A stretch of DNA of 64,000 nucleotides from Rhizaria sp. SCN 62-66. Lineage: Eukaryota. Of this stretch, positions 51,201-60,254 are shown piece by piece (position 1 is the stretch's first letter; each line of letters starts with the position of its first letter). The position numbers were made by a program, and so were the translations under genes. The stretch is taken from contig MEDY01000138.1 in assembly GCA_001724265.1 (NCBI GenBank), positions 1-64,000 on the forward strand, read 5' to 3'. Under the pieces are notes generated by a model. It made no database searches. It was not told where the DNA came from and was given only the letters and a program-made list of their open reading frames with translations.

Positions 51201-54200
51201 GGGCACGACAACTGCAGCGAGCTCTGGCTCAGGCTCAGGCTCGGCCTCAGTCGGTGTCCCCGGCTCGGTGTTCGCTTCGCCGCTCAAGTTGTTATCAGCA
51301 GAGAGGCGGAACGACTCCAAGCTATTGCTGTTGCTGTTGCTGTTGCTGCTAATGTCGGTCTCCTGCTTAGACTGCGCAATTCTCCCTCTCTCTCCATCCC
51401 TGTCCCTGTCCTTGTTGGCGAGCGCCAGCGCGATGAGCGGGCTGCCAGTGGCCAGCGCAAGCATCGTCGGCGTCACGACGGCTGACACGGCGGCGCAGCG
51501 GCACTTGCAGTTATCCGCCGCCCCCGCACTTGCATCGCCGGCGTCCACGTCTAAGGGGGTCGTGCTGAGACCGCTGTCCGCATTGACGGCGGCGCTGACG
51601 GGGGGCTTGGGACGCGGGTGGGCCGCGGCGACGAGCGTGCGCAGCGCCTCCCGCAGCTGCTTGATCTGCGCGTCCTTCAGCATCAGCACCGCGTTGTTCG
51701 GTGGCGGCGCTGCGTGTGCATGCGGGTGCAAGTGCGCGTTCCCGTGGTACGGCGAGCCAGAGCCAGAGCCGGCGCTGGCGCTGTGTTGGGTGAGCGCTGC
51801 CAGCGAGGGGGAGCGCGGCACTGCGCCGGAGATGCGCAGACTCGCGCTGGCGCTGCCAGCCGTACTCGCACTCGCTCCAGCAGTGTTGGTGGCGCTTACG
51901 CTGTGGCCGGGGCTTGAGGTCGCAGCAAGCGCGTTGCTGCCCGCGCTGCTGCTGCTGCTGCGCGCTGCTTTCGTGGCGGCGGCGAGACGCGTTGTGAGGT
52001 CGTCGATACGGCTCTTGTGGATGACGGCGTCACGGTTCTAAATGATATGAAACAAACATATATGCAGCATACAGCACAAATTAGCCAAAATTAGAGTGCA
52101 ATATAACTGTCTTTTACACATCGTTTTACTTGAAAGCACACACACATCACTCGTTATTGACAAGTGTGCCACATTTCACTAAATTCACTCGATGTCACTT
52201 TGTTCTACAGTCATCACAGTTCACGTACCCTGTCAATTTGCAGCTGCGCAAGCTTACTCTCCGCAGCCTCCCTCTCCCTGATCGCGTCCTTGGTCGCCTG
52301 CTGCTCCTTCTTCAGCAGCGCCGCCGCCGCCGCCCCCGCTACGCCCGCAGCGCCCGCGCCACCGGAAGCACTGTTTGTTTTCTTGTCAGCGAGCTGCTGT
52401 GCGCGCCAGAGCTCGCGCTTGAGCTCGTCCGTCTCCTTGGCCTTAGCCGCCGCAGTGACGGAGGCCTCTTTGAGCTTAGCCGCGGCGTCCGCGCGGGCTT
52501 TTTCGACCTGCTCGGCCTTGTCGGCGACCTAGAAAATGTCGTGAAACACGAATCAAAGAAAAGGTGGGATTAGGCCAAAAGTGATATGAATATGATAAAA
52601 TACTGTGAGTAAGATGTAATGGAGCATTGAATTATAAGAACAATACAAGGTTGACAGAAAGCAACTTGTTGTTATCTTAGAGACATATGTAGCCCCGCGT
52701 ACCTGTGCTTCGAGCGCCTTGATGGTCTTGAGCGCGGCCCTCTGCGCCGCCGCATGCTTCGCGCTGGCCTCCTCCAGCAGCAGCTTAAAGCGCAGCGCGG
52801 CGCCGGCGTCAGCGTTGGCGGTGGCCGCCGCGGGGAGACGGACCGTGCGGACGCGGCGCGCAAACAGCAGCGTTGAATGGGACTCGAACTGGTGCACCGC
52901 GCTCGGGGACAGAGTGACAATGAGCGCAGTCTTGCTGTTGCCGCCCAGCGAGTCCTGCAGCAGGTACGTCAGCTTGCTGTTGCGATACGGCACGTGCTGG
53001 CCCTGCTGCTGCTGCTCAGAGTTAGCGGCTGCGTTCGCAGTAGAGCCAGTCGTCACAGCGTTCGAGTTGGTATTCGCATTGTTATTGTTGCTGTTGTTAT
53101 TATTGGAGGCGGTGGCGAGTGCTTGGAAGACGTCCGACAACGCCGCAAGCGATTTTCCGATGTGCGCCGCCTCAACAAGCCTGATGCCCTGCGCACCGGT
53201 CTTGGCCACGCGCTCCGAGCCCGCCAGGTCGACCAGCGTGAGCTTGCCGAAGGTGCGCGCGCGCGTCGCCCGGTTGTGGCCCACCAGCGACAGCTGCAGG
53301 ATCACGTGCGAGCGCGTTGAGTGCTCGTTCATGCCCGTCGCGCCCACCGCCCTGTTGTTGACGCCGCGGTCGATCACGGCCAGCGCGTGCGCCGCGGTCG
53401 GACACAGCGCGCGCGTGGAGCCGGCGACGAACATACCGTGGCGACCGCGCCGCACGCGCAGGTCCGTCGACTCGGCGGCGGCGGCGGCCGCGGCCGCGGC
53501 GGCCGCGGCAGTCGCTGTCGCGGAGGTCAGCGTCATATTCTGGAGTAGCAGAGCAAATATGCAAGTTTTCGAGACATAAAATAGTGTTTTTAAAATATAA
53601 ATCAATGTTATTAGTGACATATTTGAGTTTAGGCTGGCGTCAGCAGTGCATAGTTCATCAAATATCCTTGTTATACAAATATCAATTTAGACTTGCAAGT
53701 CAGGTCACAATGCTCTTGACCACTTCATCTTGGAAGGACGTACGCTGAGAGTGCGCGCCGGGAACGGCGACCCCATGCCGCCGCCAGTCGCCGCCGCAGC
53801 GGAGCTGACTGCGCGGTTCAGCGCGGGGGACCCCACCGTGCCGGCAGTGTTGGCGTTGCCGCTGCCGCCGGCGCCGGCACCGGTGCTAGGATGGCGTCGG
53901 GGCTTGAGGCCGGAAGTCGCAGGCGAACCCAGTTGCTGCTGCGACTGCTGCTCTTTGTTCGCACCAGCAGCAGTGCTGTTTCCGGTCGCGCTCGCGTTCG
54001 CCGCGTCAATGACCGCGCTAGAGCTGCTGGCGCTAGCGTTGTTGTTGTTGCTGTTGCTGCTGCTGCTGCTGCTGTCGGCGTTAAGATTGAGGTCGAGGAA
54101 CAGATCGTCGTCGTCGGTGCCCTCAGCGCTCCACCGAGTGAAGCGAGCCTGCGTCAACAGCTGCGTTTGAGTCAGCCCATCAACAACAACGCCGCCAGCG

Positions 54201-57200
54201 ACGTTAGAATTCGCGTCGGGTTGACTCGGGGCGGTGGCAACAAGCGTCATGTTGGCGTTACCAGTGTTGGCGGCCACGTTGTTGGCGCTAGCGTGGGACG
54301 GCAGGCGGGAGAACACCGCCGCTTCGGCCGCGACGGGCGCGAGCAAGTCGCGGATCGTCTCGTTGTAGATCTCCAGCAGCGACACGTGCAGCTTATACTC
54401 GAATCCTTCGTCGTCGCTGCCGCTGGCGACACCGCTGTTCGCGTTACCATCGCCATTCTCATCAATGGACGCAGCTGCGAGAGCGTTGGCGAAGTTGTTG
54501 CTATTGCTGCTACCGCGGGCGAGTGCGGCGGCGACCATTGCGTGCACGGCCCTGGGGGCGACGCCGGGATCCCCGCCGCTGCCGAACATCGTGTGGGTCT
54601 TGCCGGATCCGGTCTGTCCGTACGAGAACACGCACGCGTTGAATCCCTCCAGCACCTCAGTCACCAGGTCCCCGACCTGCGCGTACACGTCCGCCTGCGA
54701 GTCCAGAGGCGTGAGCACGCGATCCAGCGAGAAGAGCGAGTAGCTGGCAGGGTCGCGAATGTGGCTCGGCAGCGCCGCTAATGCAGCCGTCGCATTCTCG
54801 CCCGCACCGACAAGCGCGTCCGTGTTGTCGCCGCCGTCGGCAAGGGCGAGGGCGCTGTCGCCGTCAGGTGCAGGGACCGTGAGCGCGGGGGTCGCGACTC
54901 CGTCAGCGCTGTTGGAGTTTGAGTCGGCCCCACCCGCAGCACCGCTAGCAGTAGCGGCCGCAGCGGTAGCGTTGGTGGATGGCGCGACAGCGCCGGGTTT
55001 CAACACCGCGACTTGCTTGATATTGACGAACTCAACCGTGGTCAAGCCGCCCGCAAATGCAGTTGCAATCTCGAGCTGGCCCTTAGACGGCAGGGGAGCA
55101 CTTACATTAGCGAAGTTGAAGCCAGCAGCGTTCGCCGCGCGCGGCGTACTTACACTCAGCGCGCGGGGAGTCCCACTCGTACTTACTCCCTGCTGCTGCT
55201 GCTGCTGCTGCTGCTGTTGTTGTTGTTGCAGTAAATACATCTGCTGCTGTTGCTGCTGCTGTTTGAGCGACAGTAGCCGCGCCTTGACCGCGGCCTGCTG
55301 CGCCAGCGGCCGCGGCGCCTGCTTCTGCTCCGCGGTGGACAGCGGCCGGACACGGGCCAGCACCCGGATGCTGCCAAACGTGCCGGCAAAACCGCCGTTG
55401 TTGCCGCCGATGAGGCCGGCGACGAAGCTGTTAGGGTTGAACGCAGCGGAGGCGTTGCTGGTATGATCGGGCATAAAGGGGAGCGACGCCGTGCGGTTGT
55501 AGCTCACCATAGGCATACTGGTACTGTTGCTGTTGTTGCTGCTGTTGCTGTAGAACTGCGCCGAGGAGGGCGTGAGGGGCGGCGATACAGGGAGCACGAT
55601 CGGCGCGCATCTGTTGCTGTTGGCGCCGCTGTTGACAGCAAACGCAGGCGTGTTGAGGTTGATCGTGGTCTCACCGTCGGCCGGAGCAACGCTGCTGCTT
55701 GCAATCGCGCTCGCGTTCGCGCTTGCCTTCGCCGCCTCAGCCTCCGCCTTGGCCTCAGCCGCCGCCTTGACCTCAGCCTCCGCCTTGGCCTCGGCCGCAG
55801 CCGCGGCCGCAGTGGCAGCGGCGGCCTCCGCCCTGGCCTTCTCCAGCTCCTTCTTGAGCGCTCCCTCCGCCGCCGCGCTGGCGCTGATCGCTGCCGCCAC
55901 CGCCGCCGCGACGGCCGCTGCGCGCTTCTTGTCCCCCTCGTCGTTCGCAGCTGCCACGGCGGCGGCCACGGCGGCGGCGGTCTTGCTGTCGGCGTCGGCG
56001 GCAGCGGCGGCCGCGGTGGCATCGGCCTCGGCGCGCATGCCTTGGAGCGCCACGGCGTTGGTCTCAGCGATCGACGCGCGCTGCACCGACTGTGCGCACG
56101 CGGCCTGACTTTCGACGAGCGCGGCCTCGAGCTCAGCGATACGAGCATTAGCAGTGACACTGTCAGTGTTAGTTTCGTTGTCGTTGTCAGTGTCGGTCTT
56201 AGTCTCGGTTGCAGTCACGGTGTTGTTGCTACTGTTCTTTGCATTTGCTTCTGCTTCAGACTTTGCAGCAGCAACAGCAGCAGCTATGGCAGTTTCCCTC
56301 TCTGCCTTAGCTTCAGCCTGAGCCTGAGCCCTCGCTTCAGCGACAGCCTTCGCAGTCGCGGCCTCCGCCTCCGCCGCAGTCACGCTGGTCTCGGGTGTCG
56401 CGCTTGCAGTTGCAGCTGTCGCGGCAGCGGCAGCGGCAGCGGCGGCGGTGGCGGCGGCGTGTCGAGACGCCTCGGCCTCGAACGCGGCCGCGTCCCTCTC
56501 GGCCACGAGCGCCTCGCACTGCGCCTGCAGGCTGTCGCGGGTACCCGTGAGGAGCTCGCGCTCCGCCGCAGCCAGGTCGCGCTCTGCCACGGCCGCGTCG
56601 AGCTCGGTGCGAGTGGCCTCCGCGAGCGCAGTCGCCGCGGCAAGCTGTGCGCTTGCGTCGTGCAGATGTGCGCTCGTGTCCCGCAGTTTCTCACTGGCTG
56701 CAGAGAGCTGGGCGGAGTAGTCGTCGCGCTCGGCCTCGGAGATCTCGAGTCTTTCCTCCAGATCCTTGGCTTTGGCTTCAGACGCCTTGGCCTGCGAGGC
56801 AAGCTCCGCAGTCTTGGCTTCCAGATCCTTCGTTTTAGCTTCGAGCTCGGCTGATGTGGCACGCAGAGCCGCGAGCTCGGCGTTGGCAGCCTCTGCGGCA
56901 GCCTGCGCCTCCGCAAGCGCCTTCTTGAGCTGCTCACAGTCACTCTCAGACGGCGCACTTGCAGGTGCAGTCACCGTCGCCGTCGCGTCGCTGTCAGTGC
57001 TAGTTGACTGTCGCGCAGCGAGCTGTAGCTGCACGGTGGCCAACTGCGCGGCCGCAATCTCCGCCTTGGCCTCGGCCTCCTCTTTCTCAGCTTTCGCGAC
57101 CTCGAGTCTCTCTACGGCGTTCTCGGCCACATCGTGCGCCTCGTCTCGCTCCCGCTCCGCCGCCGCCAGGGACGCGGCTGCGCGCTGCCGCTCGCGGGCC

Positions 57201-57577
57201 TCGCGGTCCGCCGCGTCCTCGGCCGCGCTCAGCCGCGCGCGCAGCGCAGCCAGGGCCTCGCTGTTGGCCGCAGCCGCAGTCGCGGTCGCAGTGGCAGCGG
57301 CGAGTTGAGACTCGTGTTCGGCGAGTGTGATGAAGCCTTCGCCAGGAGAGCCAGCGGTAGTACTGTTAGAGCTATTGTCGGTAGAGCTCGCGTTGGATAG
57401 AGCTTGAGCACGCGCATCGGCGAGCTGTGCTGTGAGCGTGGAGACTTCGCTTTCCAGCTCGTCCTCAATGGTTTTGCTGCTTTCCTCAAGCTCTTTGAAC
57501 TCTCTCTCGAGCACGCGGTAGCGGGCCTCCCAGTCGCCGCTCTCCGCAGTGGGCGCGAGCGGGGACGGGGAGCTCAT
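48222..57577 (-). CDS. Kinesin-14-like motor protein, ~2928 aa, with N-terminal coiled coil, internal motor and long C-terminal tail; exons 57577-53744, 53539-52703, 52528-52229, 52037-48222
   Basis: Neck GSIRVLARVRP, P-loop YGQTGSGKTHTM, LEIYNETIRDLL, switch I NEHSTRSH, switch II LVDLAGSER, HVPYRNSKLTYLLQDSLGGNSKT. Ends in TGA. Confidence 0.88.
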
Positions 57578-58278
57578 GATGGAGACGGTTCAGGCTAGGA
57601 ATGGGGGGGATTTGGGCTCTTGTTGCTGAAGGCTAAGCTGAAGTACAGTGGGATCCGTTGGCGAACCGGGGGGTTGGAAACACAAGAGAGGATTTAGTGA
57701 GCTATATAACGAAATTTAAGACTAAAATTCAATATTACTGAGTACATACAGACGCAATATTCCTAAAATTGCACATTTAATGCTAAATGAAGCTGGAATT
57801 GATGATGTCGGCGGGGCGAAATGAACAGTGACAAAGCGTTAAGATCAATGACACGCGCCCGTCGCGCCGATAGCCTGCGCAAGGGGTATGTAGTAAAATC
57901 TCAAAGAGAAATTAAGTTATAATATAAATCACACACTTGTTTGTTCAGCTCACAAACTTGTATCTCTCTTGACGATCAATGGGCAGTGCTAGATTGCGAG
58001 AAAGTTGCATCGGCAATGGCTTCGTCCAATAACGGTGGTGACTGCGGTCCTAGTCCACATCCCAAGCAGGCCCACCAAGTCATCGATGTACTGACATGAT
58101 TTGATCGTCAACTAACACCAAACTTAGTTCATAGCAGATCAGTACCGCGATCTCACCGAATTTCTTTTTATACCCTACCTCGCGCGTTTTGTGTCTCTCT
58201 ACACAGCTTTCCCGTCCCAAAGTTCCTCTGTTCAGTAAGAGCCGTTGAGACTATCCCCCGCCGTCCGCCCGCGCCGAA

Positions 58279-59109
58279 ATGGACGCGCCCCCGTCCCCCG
58301 CCCTGTCTGCCGCGACAGCGTAGCCGGCGAACCACAGCGCTTAGTGGGACCGCATGTACGCGCAGGCTTCGGCCTCCGAGGCCGCCGCAGCCGAGGCCAA
58401 GGCTGCCAGGGACTCCCACAACTCCCGCGACTCCCGCGATGCACGCGACTCGAGGGACTCCCGCGACTCGCAGCGGCGTTCGGTTGACTCGTCTTCTCAC
58501 GGTTCCAGCTCTAGCTCCCGCTCCGGGTCTAGTAGCTCCAGCTCTGGCTCCTACCGGTCAGGCTCTGACGGTCGCTCATCGTCATCATCGTCGTCATCGT
58601 CATCATCTTCATCGTCATCATCGTCGTCAAACCGTGACCGTGGTCATGACCGTGACCGTGACCGTGACCGTGAGCGTGGTTATGAGCGCAGCAGTCGTGA
58701 GCGTGACCGCAGCAACCGTGACTTTGACCGGGATCGCGACCGGGATCGCACTGAGCGAACTGACCGCACTGACCGTGACCGTGAGCGCGACCGTGAACGT
58801 GACCGCACCAGTGAACGTGGGTACCGGAGTGACCGTGAACGCAGCGACCGTGACCGTAACCGTGACCATGACCGCGACCGCGAGCGTGACCGTGACCGTG
58901 ACCGCGGCCGAGACTACTCCTCTCGGAGTGACCGTGACCGTGATCGCAACCATGACGGTGACCGTGACCGTGACCGGAGTTACCGTGAGAGCGAACGTAA
59001 TGACCGTGGTCGTGATCGTGAACGTAATGACCGTGACCGTGACCGTGACCGCGATCGCAATCGTGACCGTGACCGCAGTGACCGTGCTGATCGTTCCGCT
59101 CCTGAGCAA

Positions 59110-59141
<32 letters not shown>

Positions 59142-60051
59142 GCAACAAGCTCAAGGCGCCCAGGAGCAAGATCAGGAGCAGCAGAAACCTCCCCCGCAGC
59201 CCATTTTCACCACCTCCGGCCTTCTCTCGTCCTCCGCCAACAACAGCAACAGCTTCCGGTCTGCCGCCAACGCCGCTGCTGCCGCTGGCGCTGGCACTGG
59301 TGGGAGCGGGGGTGGCCTTGCAGCGAAGCAACAGCTTCTGGCCCCCGCGGCGGCGCTGCTTGCTGCCGCCGGTTCCGGCTACCGTAGCACTGCAGACACT
59401 GCTTCCCTGCTCTCTGCACTCGCCTCCGCGCCCACCGCGGAGAATGGCGTCGGCGGCGGCACAGTCACAGGTGCCGCAGGCTCCGTCACAGGTACTGGCA
59501 TGGGTTCTGGTACTATTTCCGCGGGTGCTGTGCAGCCAGCGGCGTTCGAGAAGGGCGACCAGTACGCGGAGCCTGCGGATGCGCGCAAGCCGACGAGCAA
59601 GTGGCGCTGCTACATCTTCCCCAAGCAGCCCGCCGCTACTATGGGTGGGGCGGGGGCCGCGAGCAAGGCGCCAGAGGCGACGCTGCACCTGCACCGGCAG
59701 AGCGTGTACAAGTTAGGCCGCCGCGCGGACGCGGCCGTGTGCGACATCCCGCTCGACCACGAGTCCTGCGCGGGCGCTCACGCCGTGCTACAGTACCGTG
59801 TGCGGCCCGTGACCGGCGCGGACGGGGTGGTGCGACCGGAAGTTAAGCCATACCTCATGGACCTCAGCGTCATGAACTTGAGCAGCAATAACAATAGCAA
59901 CAGCTCGAATGCGAGTGGGAGTGTTGTTGTGGGAGGAACGCGGATCGGGGGGGTGTTGATGCAGCCGTGTAAGTACTACGAGGTACTTAGTGGCGATACG
60001 GTCGAGTTCGGCGATTTGAAGAAGGAATTTGTCTTCATGAAAGTGGACTGA
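58279..60051 (+). CDS. SNIP1: SNIP1/Pml1/DAWDLE-like FHA-domain splicing factor with Arg-Asp repeat region; start is ATG 58354 under the standard code, or ATG 58279 if TAG is sense
   Basis: YAEPADARKP..WRCYIF, LHLHRQSVY.LGR, DIPLDHESC..HAVLQYR, VKPYLMDL, YYEV..GD...FG...EFV. Ends in TGA. Confidence 0.88.
58632..59090 (+). repeat. (GACCGT)n hexanucleotide repeat encoding RD/RE dipeptides
   Basis: Degenerate tandem gaccgt array. Confidence 0.9.
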
Positions 60052-60254
60052 GAAACAAGTCATGCGAAGACACATGTACCATTACATATAACGAGTCTTT
60101 TAGATAAAAATAAAAAACAATTTATTTTAATTTCAATTAATTGTTCTTTATTATAAACTTAAATCACAGAAAGTCGCACACTATATAAAGATATCCATTC
60201 ATTTCAAGTTTACTCATCACAAGCCAAAAAAGTCTTCACAGACAGCAGTTACTC

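Noticed and set aside
58632-59090. Tandem array resembling a CRISPR or satellite
   Set aside because: It is a hexamer repeat coding for the RD domain of SNIP1, with no repeat-spacer structure and no cas genes.
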